A DNA stretch of 64,000 bases from Eledone cirrhosa (lineage: Eukaryota), in assembly GCA_964016885.1 (NCBI GenBank), contig OZ024743.1:355508001-355572000 (forward strand), given 5' to 3'. The notes beneath the pieces were generated by a model. It ran no database searches and was not told the DNA's origin. It saw only the letters and a program-made list of their open reading frames with translations. This document shows positions 39,301-53,100 of this stretch, piece after piece; the stretch's first letter is position 1; every line of letters starts with the position of its first letter. The translations under genes were made by a program, and so were the position numbers.

Positions 39301-40500
39301 TCACCAACAGGATTTTTGTCTGCATCAAAAATATTCAGTGGGTGGTGCAGATTCTAATGCATATTTGAAACTTCTGATGTAGCTATTGTTTGCATGCAAC
39401 ATCTCTCGCATATCAAAGATTAATTCTTTCAAATTTGGAACGTCCAATGACCGTTGCAAAGCCTGCTCTTTGTAATTTGCCACAAAATATAACTGTAAAA
39501 ATTATGGATTTTTGCCTTCAGTCGCCACCAAGGTCCAATACGATGGTATACTTGACATTGAATGTTAAAGTTTGGTTTGAAGTTCCCTTCTCTTATAATA
39601 TTGCTACCAAAAGAGGTAATTAGGAAAGTGGAATTGTAACTTCTAATGTTTTTCAAGAAGTGCATGCTCTTTTATCTGTTTCCCAAAAGCAGCGCCTTCA
39701 AAGTGTCTAGGGGTATACCAAACGTCGGTAGGACAGCCTTTCCTCCGCCACAACACTTAGTGGGGGTTTCTCTCTCCCACTCCTTTTCCTTTGTAAAAAC
39801 TGCACTCTTTTGGCATTGCTCCAATACCAATCAATTTCTCCATAGAATATTCGGTTGAAAGCTGATTTTTTCAAAATCCCTTTGAAAGGTACTACTCTTT
39901 TGTCAAACATATTCAGCCTATCTTGATCAAGACGCTTACATCTCTCCTGTGAGGATTGGTGAAGTCGTGAAGCAACTGTTTCCTCCTGGTTTGTTCTTTG
40001 TTGAATCTCTCACTGACCTATTGCCTCATAGTCAACTCTGGCAGCTTGTCTTAGTCATACTTTAAACGTTTTCTTTCTTCTTTTGACTCTTGGCTCCTGC
40101 AGGTTGCATTTTATTGACGTAATTGTTCTGACGGTGTTTCCCTTTCCTCTTGAGACTCATTGGCCCTGCGTGCAGCAGCTCTCTACCGATTGTTTTCATG
40201 TCTTTGCTCCCCTTGTGCAGGGTACTCTAGTGTCATTGTTCTGGCTACCTGTACTCGCCTTAGCTGCACTGTAGAATACTGTACATGGTTTGAAACAGCT
40301 TTTGGAAGATCATTACTAAAGTCATTTGTATTTAATTCTATTTCCTCTGCTCTCTCCTCTCCAGGTTCTCTCTCTCTTTTTGCCTTGTTAGCAACGTCTG
40401 AAGAGCTTGGGAACAGTGAGAACATTTTTTTCCTTGGCATCATTTTTAAAGCTAAAATGGGGATTAAATGAGAAATGAATGAATGAGTGAAAGTTACACG
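36360..40500 (-). mobile_element. Heavily decayed Helitron RepHel
   Basis: FLKNIRSYNSTFLITSFG, ILPSSFTGSPRYM..FIKFTCN, SIKYVCKYINKG, FLDAPGCTGKTF, LSGDFRE, PPYKLFLKVRVPIMLLRNLD in order on the minus strand. Confidence 0.9.
38675..38859 (+). mobile_element. Full-length tRNA-derived SINE (Meta-domain-like core) nested in the Helitron
   Basis: A box tggcagtatcggt, B box gagttcaaatc, core gactttgcctttcatccttacggggtcgataaaataaagtaccag; TSD ATTATTGATTGAACC at 38660-38674 and 38860-38874. Confidence 0.92.
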
Positions 40501-40884
40501 AATATCTTCACCAGAGACATCTAAATCAATGGCGAAGTTTACCTCATTTAAGATGTCATTGTAGACGGAAGGCTAGAATTATTAGAGCTCAGTAAGTTAT
40601 TGTGCTTATTAGTATTAGCTCACTTTGATAACACCATATAGCTCTGTGTCTTTTTGTGGTAAAGCGTGACTGTATTATAATTACTATCACCTAACTTTGC
40701 TTAAATTTCTAAGACTGATGCAAAACTACTTTATAAAAGCTAACGAAATGTAATTAAACTTCAACTGATACATTGGTCTTACAATATTATACTTTTATAT
40801 TTTAAGTGTATTATAGACTCTTGTGGAACACCAAAGAGGTATCACAGTAACACACACACGTATCTTCACTGATGCACACTCACA

Positions 40885-40925
<41 letters not shown>

Positions 40926-41464
40926 ATATTCACTGATACGCACATTCATCCATACAAAAGCAAACATAAAGCCTCTCTCCGACTATGCTCCCCCCTCTCT
41001 TTGTGCGGATTATCCTTCAATTTCTTCTACTCCGCTACAAACTTGTCTCTTTTTCCTTCTGTGTTTCTCTCTTTCACACACATCTCACTTTGCCTTTCTA
41101 TTACTTTCTCTCTTTCTCCCCATCTACGTCACACATTGCCATTGTGGAACAGATATATACACAAATATCTGAAAATATTATAACGTATATGGCTGAGTAT
41201 TCCACAGACATATGAACACAACGCAATTTTTAAGCTGAATTATTGAATGGAGATAGAGAGAAATGTGTCACTCAATGTCTTGACAAAACCGACATTATCT
41301 GTTGAAGTGTGTGATGAAAATCAACATTTATTAACAATAAGTCATATAAGTGCAAAAACAAAATTAAAATTTTTTTTTTTTAAACTCTGGAGCCATTTTC
41401 TAACCCCATAAAATGTTTGTGTGAGTGTTGTGTGTGTGTGAGTGTTGTGTGTGTGTGTGGGGGT

Positions 41465-41525
<61 letters not shown>

Positions 41526-41897
41526 TGTGTGTGTATGCATGCCTATGTATATATGTATGTATATGTAACTAAGAATTAGTAGAAACCTTTTCCATTGCTA
41601 CTCTTTATGATCTGTGTGTGTGTGTGCGTGTGTGTGTGTCTCAAACTCCATATACACAAACTTATTGAATATATTATTTACATTCGAATCGTTATATATA
41701 TATACACCTTTATTTACATTTGAATTATTATCGTTGTTACTATATATATTATTGACATTTGAATCATTGTTAGGGGAAGTAAAAAATTGCACCGAAAAAG
41801 AAAGTTTCTTTTTATCAATTTCACTTGTCGAACACGAATCGAATGCGCTTGCGCTAAGTGGTCTGACGGACGGACGGACGGACGCGAAATCGAGTTT

Positions 41898-42743
41898 ATT
41901 ATTAAAGGGCGGTACGGTAGGGTGGTAGATTGGCAATATCGGTAGAGGGTCAGATGCCATACTTTGCAGCATAGAGTTACGATCCTTTATGGTCTGAGTT
42001 CAAATCCCTCAGAGGTAAACTTTGCCTTTCATCCTTACGGGGTCGATAAAATAAAGTACCAGTCACGCACTGGGGTCGATTTAATCGACTTTCCCCTCCC
42101 CTCAAATTACTGGCCTTGTGCCTATATTTGAAATCATTATTAAAGGACGATGGATTGGCAATATCAGTAGAGGGTCGGACGCCATGCTTTGACGCAAAGA
42201 GTTACTGCCCTTTATGGTCTGAGTTCAAATCCCGCCGAGGTTAACTTTGCCTTTCATCCTTACGGGGTCGATGAAATAAAGTACCAGTAATGCACTGGGA
42301 TAATTGGTGGCCTTGTGCCAAAAGTAGAAATAATTATTAAAGGGCGGTAGGGTGGTAGATTGGCAATATCGGTAGAGGGTCAGATGCCATACTTTGCAGC
42401 ATAGAGTTACGGTCCTTTATGGTCTGAGTTCAAATCCCGCAGAGGTAAACTTTGCCTTTCATCCTTACGGGGTCGATAAAATAAAGTACCAGTAATACAC
42501 TGGGATAATTGCTGGCCTTGTGCCAAAAGTAGAAACCATTATTAAAGGGCAGAGGATTGGCAGTTCGGTAGAACGTCAGACACTGTGATTTGCAGTATAG
42601 AGTTATGGCCCTTTACGGTCTGTGTTCAAATCTCACTGAGGTCAGCTTTGCCTCTCATCCTTACGGGGCCGATAAAATAAAGTACCAGTAATGCACTGGT
42701 ATAATTGCTGCCCTTGTGCCAAAAGTAGAAACAATTATTAAAG
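41898..42743 (+). mobile_element. Head-to-tail array of four SINE copies
   Basis: ATTATTAAAG junctions at 41898, 42136, 42333, 42538 and 42734; each unit has the head, core and tail of the 38675 family. Confidence 0.92.
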
Positions 42744-43199
42744 ATAAATAATATTAATGTAAATGCATGTTTGTAGAAATGTAATTGATAAACATCTCAA
42801 TTTTGGGATCATATTCGGCCCTCAGGAGTGCATATCATCCAATCAACCACAAAGAAACATGTATTTGATGGGTATATATATCCATTCGTTCTTGGTATAA
42901 TTCGGAAATGAGGGTACTAATATGCATATAATTAGCGCTCGTGTTGGTAACTAATTAAAATATATATCGAGTTGTGTGTTAGCAGCGGTAGTGTATCATA
43001 AAGTTATATCTGTATAAATTCAGGGTGTATAACCGAGACAGCACCAACATGTATCAATATATACATATAGCTATTATGTAGGCATGTAAACATGCCAGAA
43101 AATACGAATTTCCCTGTAAATTGAAAATTGATAAACATCTACGGCTGATAGCGCACTTCTTTCTCTCTCCCGCTCCCCCTCTCTCCCTCTACCCTCTCG

Positions 43200-44581
<1,382 letters not shown>

Positions 44582-44597
44582 GGGGGATAAATAGAAC

Positions 44598-44742
44598 AAT
44601 AATTGTTTCTACTTTTGGCACAAGGCCACCAATTAACCCCCCCCCCAGTGCATTACTGGTGCTTTATTTTATCGACTCTGTAAGGATGAAAGGCAAAGCT
44701 AACCTCGACGGTATTTGAACTCAGAACGTAAAGGGCCATAAC
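44598..44742 (-). mobile_element. tRNA-derived SINE, 5'-truncated
   Basis: Reverse complement of the 38675 family core and tail. Confidence 0.85.
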
Positions 44743-44758
44743 AACGTGTACATTTATG

Positions 44759-44830
<72 letters not shown>

Positions 44831-45659
44831 CGTGCGTGTGTATGTATTAAATCATGTGTTTATATACATATCTGTTTATCTATGTATATTACTGTTATAT
44901 ATATATGTGTGTGTATGTTTATCTGTTTTCCCCTTTCATACACAATGGCCACTGCGTTTCCATCTCAATAGTCAAATGATGTTGATATTTCAGTTATAGC
45001 TGACTAAATTATTACAGTAGATGTGAATTTGCTACGTTATTCACGTATTCAGATTCACTTAAATCAGACATTCTCAAAGAGGGCGTCGATGTGGTCGGTA
45101 GAGATGATATTATAGTATATTAGATATCAAATGATACATATATATAAATATAGTAAAATATAAAAAATATCTATTTATTTATACGTAGTATATATTATAT
45201 TATTTATCATATATAAATTAACGATTTTATTTATTATATATTATTTACAATTTGCGGGTAGGTAGGTCTCCCTTGAAATAGGAATGGGGAACGCTGAGGG
45301 TATTATGTGGCCGTGGGCGGCCCAAAAAGTTTAAGAACCTCTGACTTAAATCATACAATTCCCGAAATCATATCATGCCAGATTTGTCTGACTCAGCCCA
45401 ACTCAACAGCATAGCAAGCTGTCAGTAATAAGCACTATATCAATTTCATTCACTCACATCAAATTCCACTAATCAATACACCTAGCTGTCAAGTATGAAT
45501 CCTGGATGGATCGATAGAGTTCAGCTGCACACAATAGGCAACCAATCATATCACCTGGTTGTCCGATATGAGCCCCATGTCGATATAGCTCAAATATAGA
45601 CAACAATCTAATGATCTGTTTGACTCACTGTTAGGCTTAAAAAACAGATCAATGTGCTT

Positions 45660-46560
45660 CAGATAACAGCCTTCCAAATCCTTTACCTATACATCACAAA
45701 TAGAAACCAGGTATACGTAAGGAGAGCAGCATCATGGGTGAACTCCCCCAAAAGCCTTCTGTTTCCGAAGATGTGTCATGCGACCAAGAAATGTTGGACA
45801 AATGTACTTCAACGAAGACCATTAAAAATATACATTCTCTATACCAATAAATGGTTATGTGTGAGAATTTTGACCTGAAATCTGAGAATGGTGCAATTAT
45901 AGGCAGTATGTGTAGTCGGTATTTGACACGTTACAGCTACACCAAGTCATATTTCGAACACATGACTACTAAATACCTGTTGAACAAAAGACACAGAGAA
46001 CCCCTTAAACACGGAAATGTCGATAATGTCACGTATCTAGAGAAGCCATTCCGTATGCCATGAGCAGCTGCTTCAACATGTCATCAAGTTACTATCTTTG
46101 TATGCGGCATGATGATGTCGCTAATACAATATACAATGCCACAAGACTGCTCCGGGACAAATATTAAACAAAAAACTTCTCATGTTGAGTATATTCATAC
46201 GTTCTAACAAAAAGAATATTTGTGGAACATTCCTATCAAAATTGTAACTAAACCCAAGCAAAACAGGTGTTTGAGACAGAAAACAAAACTCATGTGCTGT
46301 TGAGATTATCTGCCTAGCGGATGTAAACATTTCATTCAAAATTAATGCGTCAGATTTACGAGCAACTGCTTCAAAACATACAATTTTCAACCCAGATTTA
46401 CATTTTACGTTTATGCACATAATCGTTGCAGATATTGCTTATCTTAATAAAGCTAAGGTGTTCAGGCAAGCTGATAGACTATCGAACTCACATTCTGCAA
46501 AATCTGTCTGTAAGCGGAACAGTCAAAACATGTCAGATATTTCTGAAATTCAAAATGTAA
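45660..46560 (+). mobile_element. Decayed 3' fragment of an RLE-type (R4-like) non-LTR retrotransposon
   Basis: TTKYLLNKR, SSCFNMSSSYYL.MRHDDVANTIYNA (RHD motif), EYLWNIPIK, EIICLADVNISFKIN, LQNLSVSGTVKTCQIFLKFKM*. Confidence 0.7.
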
Positions 46561-47319
46561 ATCTTTACTCCTAAATTCTAATGATAGAGCTTTTTAGTAC
46601 GATTTCTATAGTACTCCTCATAAGGTTCTTAATGCGTTCTCTATCATGTATAGGACCCCTTAAACTCTTCTTGGTGGGATCTCTATGATAGCTTGCATAG
46701 GGTCCCAAAAGGACATTCATAGAATTATCTCTATAATATATTCCATAGGGCCCCTATAAGATGTTCTTTGAGAAATCCTTATAACACCTTGCATAGTATT
46801 CTTATAGGCTCTTAGTGTGATCTCTATAGTACCCTTCACAGGGTCCCAATAGTCTCTCCAGAGGGAACAATCGACAAAAACATTCACTAAACAGAAACAC
46901 AGTGACACAACGAGGGGGTTTATCTGCAATAACTCGACCTTGTAGAAATAGCAGCCACGTTTCTCTCATATTAAACACTACTGTGTTAAACGGAGTAGAA
47001 TACATTGGATAATGTTGTCCGCTATACACAGTGAAAAAAGATGGAATGGCTTTAAATAGTAAATATGTTCATTGTTGACGTTATTCAGCTCCAAGTCATC
47101 CTTGATTGAACATATCTCATATCGCGTAGGCACTCGATCTGCTATAAATAGCAGTCAAATCTATCACAAGTTCCATTATATTATTGTAGTTTTAGCTACT
47201 CCTTGAAAGATGAGATAGTCACAGCTAGAATGTCTTTCATCATAGTTTACCTTGTCAAGATAAACTATGACGAAACAACAGCTTCCTGCAAAAATGTTCT
47301 TATCTCCTACGAACACGCA

Positions 47320-47480
47320 CTGAAATGGTAGTCATTCGGGCGTAGGACGAAATTCTTTGTCGCATTCGTTTCGATTCTCTGCGATTTAAGTTCAAATAAT
47401 GCTTACGTTAACATTGCCTTTAATGGTTTCGGGATCGATAAAATAAAGTGTGACTAACACTGGATAATTTGTAATAATTG
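47320..47480 (+). mobile_element. Old diverged SINE copy
   Basis: aagttcaaat..gttaacattgcctttaatggtttcgggatcgataaaataaagt..cactgg. Confidence 0.6.
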
Positions 47481-47842
47481 TTCCGTCTATTTGTGTTGTG
47501 TGTTCTTGTGTCGTAGACTTAATCTGCCACTTGGTTTAACACTACAAGCTGATCCATAGATGCCTTTAGTGGAGTTCATTTTGTTGCAAGCATTCCGACC
47601 CCTGGGTTTACGATTTGAGGATACCTCCTTCCCTTATTCCATCAGTTACGTGGGCCACGAAAGAAAAAAAAATTCGTATGTGCTGTCTTTCCCTCAGTGA
47701 TTAAGCAGTAAAAATGGTGCAATATGGAAAGATTAGTCTCTTTCTCTCTTATGAAAAAATATCGAAATAACAGTAGATACCGTAGTAATAGAACATTGAA
47801 ATCGATCGAAACCTTGGAGTACAAACGCACATTCGAAGAATT

Positions 47843-47926
<84 letters not shown>

Positions 47927-48149
47927 ATGGAGGGGTGTTAGTTTCAGCAAGGGCAGCAGCTGTTTGGTACAATAATAATTTATGGTGTTTCTCCAGATAA
48001 ATGTATGCCATCTCTTATATTCAAGACTTCTACTTTTAACTTGGTGAATATTAGAATTTCTTTCTTACTGGTTTCAACGACAACATCAAAAAGATAACAG
48101 TAACCAACGTAAATGGCCAACGAAATCGACTGCAACAAAAGCAAAGAAC

Positions 48150-48221
<72 letters not shown>
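47843..48221. repeat. Two (GTA)n microsatellites (47843-47925, 48151-48221)
   Basis: Direct reading. Confidence 0.9.
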
Positions 48222-48222
<1 letters not shown>

Positions 48223-48373
48223 AAGGTGATGGTGGTGATGGAGGTATGCTAAGATGGCGTTTGACTTCACCGAACCCGGTTTAGGTTTGGCTAAAGATTT
48301 ATGCGATTCCCGGAGAAAATTAGAGAACAGACCGCCATGTTATTTTTGTGTGTTTCCTTTCCTTTTCTTTGTG

Positions 48374-48492
<119 letters not shown>

Positions 48493-48989
48493 GCTTACTT
48501 TTCTTTTCATTTTTTTGTTTTCAATACCGCATTAGTTACCATAAACTATTCAAGTAAAATGGTTGGACACGAAAGAAAATAGAAGACATTATGGAATTCT
48601 ATTCAGAGTATCGATGATAGCTTTTATTTTCCATAGATTTTATCTCCGTCAATATATCACAAGATTCCAATACAAAATATACAATCCTCGGGTAATGATC
48701 GATAACTGATTAGAAAAACAGCATTGCCAAAGAAATAGCGTGACTAAATTACATACGGTCAATGGTCTGTTGCAATTTGTTCTTTGGTCACGTGATCGGT
48801 GTCAATCAATCAATCAATTCCAGCATATAAAATACAAGTTAAAAAGCGACTACTGACAAAAGCATGTACTACAATGTTGGTACAGTTTATAGATGTCAAG
48901 GACGAGCATTGAGATGTACTTGATACAAACTAATTCTAAGATTTTATCATAATTGCTTTTACGCTCGTTATATGACAGAACACAAACAA

Positions 48990-49094
<105 letters not shown>

Positions 49095-49369
49095 TAGACA
49101 CACACGCACACTTACATATATATATATATATATATATAAGCAGGATGGTGGACACCGTCTGACTGACTAGGCCATCGCCAAAAAAACAATGAATGTTTGA
49201 ATTGATATTTTTGTAGTTGTTGCTTATATTTCTTTTCTTCTTTCTTCTTAATTCTTTCTTCTTCCATCTTCCTTCCTGTGATTCTTTTCCGGTTTCGTTT
49301 TCCGTCATTTTCTGAAGCGTTTTATCTTCAGGTCAATCCATTATCCAGAAAACGTAATATTCTTGAAAA

Positions 49370-52300
49370 AGGTTTATTGTAGAAAATGTGTCATTGTATA
49401 AAAGGTATTGTAGAAAATGTGTCATCGTGAGAAGAAGTGTTATTGTCGAGAACCTTACATTTAAAAAATGTGTCATTTTAGAACACTTGTCATGGTAATA
49501 AATTTAGGAAATTTATCATTTTAAGAACTTATCCACTTTCAAAACCGGGTTATTTACGAAAATACGTTATTGTACAAAGTAGAATCTGTCAGAGAAGAAA
49601 TTGTGTCAGAGTAGAACTGTGTCAAAAAGAAACGGACATAGTAGAAACTGTGTCATAGCAGAAATTGTGTCATATTAGAAACTGTGTAATAGTAGAATAT
49701 GTGTCATAGTAGAAACTGTGTCATAGCAGAAATTGTGTCATATTAGAAACTGTGTAATAGTAGAAACTGTGTCATAGTAGAAACTGTGTCATAGTAGAAA
49801 CTGTGTCATAGTAGACACTGTGTCATAGTAGTAACTGTGTAATAGTAGAAACTGTGTCATAGTAGAAACTGTGTCATAGTAGAAACTGTGTCATAGTAGT
49901 AACTGTATCATTGTAGAAACTGTCATAGTAGAAACGGTGTCATAGTAGAAATAGTATCACAGTAGAAACTGTGTCATAGTAGTAACTGTATCATTGTAGA
50001 AACTGTCATAGTAGAAATAGTATCATAGTAGAAACTGTGTCGTAGTAGAAATTGTGTCAAAGAAGAAACTTTCATAGTAGAAACTGTGTTAGTAGAAACT
50101 GAGTCATAGTGGAAATTGTCATAGTACAAACTGTCATAGTAGAAACTGTGTCATGGTAGAGATTGTGTCATAGTAGAAACTGAGTCATAGTAGAAACTGT
50201 GCCATAGTAGAAACTGACTCATAGTAGAAACTGTGCCATAGCAGAAACTGTGTCATAGTAGAAACTGTGCCATAGTAGAAACTGAGTCATAGTAGAAACT
50301 GTGCCATAGTAGAAACTGAGTCATAGTAGAAACTGTGCCATAGTAGAAACTGAGTCATAGTAGAAAGTGTGCCATAGTAGAAACTGCGTCATAGTAGAAA
50401 CTGTGAAAGTAGGAAAGTCAAAGTAGAAACTGTGTCATAGTAGAAACATTCATAGCAGAAACTGTGTCATGGTAGACATTGTATCATAGTAGATATTGTA
50501 TCATAGTAGAAACTTTTTCATAGTGGAAACTGTGTCATAATACAAACTGTGTCATTGTATAAACTGTATCATAGTAGAAACTGTGTCATAGTAGAAACTG
50601 TGTCATAGCAGAAACTGTGTTATAGTAGAAACTGTGCCATAGAAGAAACTGTGCCATAGTAGAAACTGTGCCGTAGCAGAAACTGTGCCATAGTAGAAAC
50701 TGTGTCATAGTAGAAACTGTGTCATACTAGAAACTGTGCCATAGTAAAAACTGTGCCATAGTAGAAACTGTGTCATAGTAGAAACTGTGCCATAGTAGAA
50801 ACTGTGCCATAGTAGAAACTGTGACATAGTAGAAACTGTGTCATACTAGAAAATCTTTCAGAGTAGAAACTGTGCCATAGTAGAAACTGTGCCATAGTAA
50901 AAACTGTGCCATAGTAGAAACTGTGCCGTAGCAGAAACTGTGCCATAGTAGAAACTGTGTCATAGCCGAAAATGTGCCATAGTAGAAACTGTGTCATACT
51001 AGAAACTGTGCCATAGTAAAAATTGTGCCATAGTAGAAACTGTGTCATAGTAGAAACTGTGCCATAGTAGAAACTGTGCCATAGTAGAAACTGTGACATA
51101 GTAGAAACTGTGTCATACTAGAAAATCTTTCAGAGTAGAAACTGTGTCAGAGTAGAATCTGTGTTATAGTAGAAACTGTGTCTTAGTAGAAACTGTGACA
51201 TAATAGAAACTTGCCATAGTAGAAACTGTGTCATAGCAGAAACAGTGCCATAGTAGAAACTGAGTCATAGAAGAAACTGTGCTATAGTAGAAACTGTGTC
51301 ATAGTAAACACTGCGTCATAGTAGAAACTGTGTCATAGTAGAAACTGTGTCATAGTAGAAACTGTGCCATAGTAGAAACTGGGCCATAGTAGAAACAGTG
51401 TCATAGTAGAAACTGTGTTATAGTAGAAACTGTGCCATAGTACAAACTGCGTCATAGTAGAAACTGTGCCATAGTGGAAACAGTATCATAGTAGAAACTG
51501 TGTCATAGTAGAAACTGTGTCATAGTAGAAACATTCATAGCAGAAACTGTCATAGCAGACACTGTGTCATGGTAGACATTGTATCATAGTAGATATTGTA
51601 TCATAGTAGAAACTTTTTCATAGTGGAAACTGTGTCATAATACAAACTGTGTCATTGTATAAACTGTATCATAGTAGAAACTGTGTCATAGTAGAAACTG
51701 TGTCATAGAAGAAACTGTGCCATAGTAGAAACTGTGTCATAGCCGAAAATGTGCCATAGTAGAAACTGTGCTATAGTAGAATCTGTGTCATAGTAGAAAC
51801 TGTGCCATAGTAGAAACTGTGTCATAGTAGAAACTGTGTCATACTAGAAAATCTTTCATAGTAGAAACTGTGTCAGAGTAGAATCTGTGTTATAGTAGAA
51901 ACTGTGTCTTAGTAGAAACTGTGACATAATAGAAACTGTGCCATAGTAGAAACTGTGTCATAGCAGAAACTGTGCCATAGTAGAAACTGAGTCATAGAAG
52001 AAACTGTGCTATAGTAGAAACAGTGTCATAGTAGAAACTGTGTCATAGTAGAAACTGTGTCATAGTAGAAACTGTGTCATAGTAGAAACTGTGCCATAGT
52101 AGAAACTGTGCCATAGTAGACACTGCGTCATAGTAGAAACTGTGTCATAGTAGAAACTGTGCCATAGTACAAACTGCGTCATAGTAGAAACTGTGCCATA
52201 GTGGAAACAGTATCATAGTAGAAACTGTGCCATAGTACAAACTGCGTCATAGTAGAAACTGTCAAAGTAGGAAAGTCAAAGTAGAAACTGTGTCATAGTA

Positions 52301-53100
52301 GAAACATTCATAGCAGAAACTGTCATAGTAGAACCTGTGTCATGGTACTGAGTGTATCATAGTAGAAATTGTGTCATAGTAGAAACTGTGTCAAAGAAGA
52401 ATTTGCCATAGTAGAAACTGTGTCATAATAGAAATTGTGTCATAGTAGAAACTGTGTCATAGTAGAAACTGTGTCATAGTAGAAACTATCATAGTAGAAA
52501 CTGTGTCATTGTCGATACTGTCGTAGTAGAAACAGTGTCATATTAGAAACAGTCATAATAGAAACTGTATCATAGTAGAAACTGTGACATGATAGAAACT
52601 GTCATAGTCGAAAATGCATCATAGTAGAAACTGTGTCGTTGTAGAAACTCTCATAGTATAAACTGTGTCATAATAGAAACTATGTCATAGTAGGCACTGT
52701 ATCATAGTAGAAACTATCATAGTACAAACTGCGTCATCGTAGAAACTGTCAAGGTAGAAACAGTCACAGTAAGAACTGTGTCATAGTAGAGACTGTGTCA
52801 AAGTAGAAACAGTCATAGTAGAAATTTCCATAGTAGAAACTGTTGCATAGTAGAAACAGTGATAGCAGAAACTGTTTCATAGTAGAAACTTTTATAGTAC
52901 AAACTGTCATAGTAGAAACGATGTCATAGTAAAAACTGTGTCGTAGTAGAAACTGTCTTATAGTATAAAGTGTGACATAGTAGAAACTGTCACAGCAGAA
53001 AGAGTATCATAGTAGAAACTGTGTCAAAATAGAAACTGTGTCATGGTAGAAGCTGTGTCATAGAAGAAACTGTGTCATAGTAAAAACTGTAATAGTATAA
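49370..53100. repeat. 17-bp satellite array, consensus AGTAGAAACTGTGTCAT (roughly 200 units, with 15-bp variants)
   Basis: Direct reading; the 17-aa periodicity of ORF 50773-51099 equals 3 x 17 nt. Confidence 0.96.

Noticed and set aside
50773-51099. 108-aa repetitive ORF
   Set aside because: Translation of the 17-bp satellite
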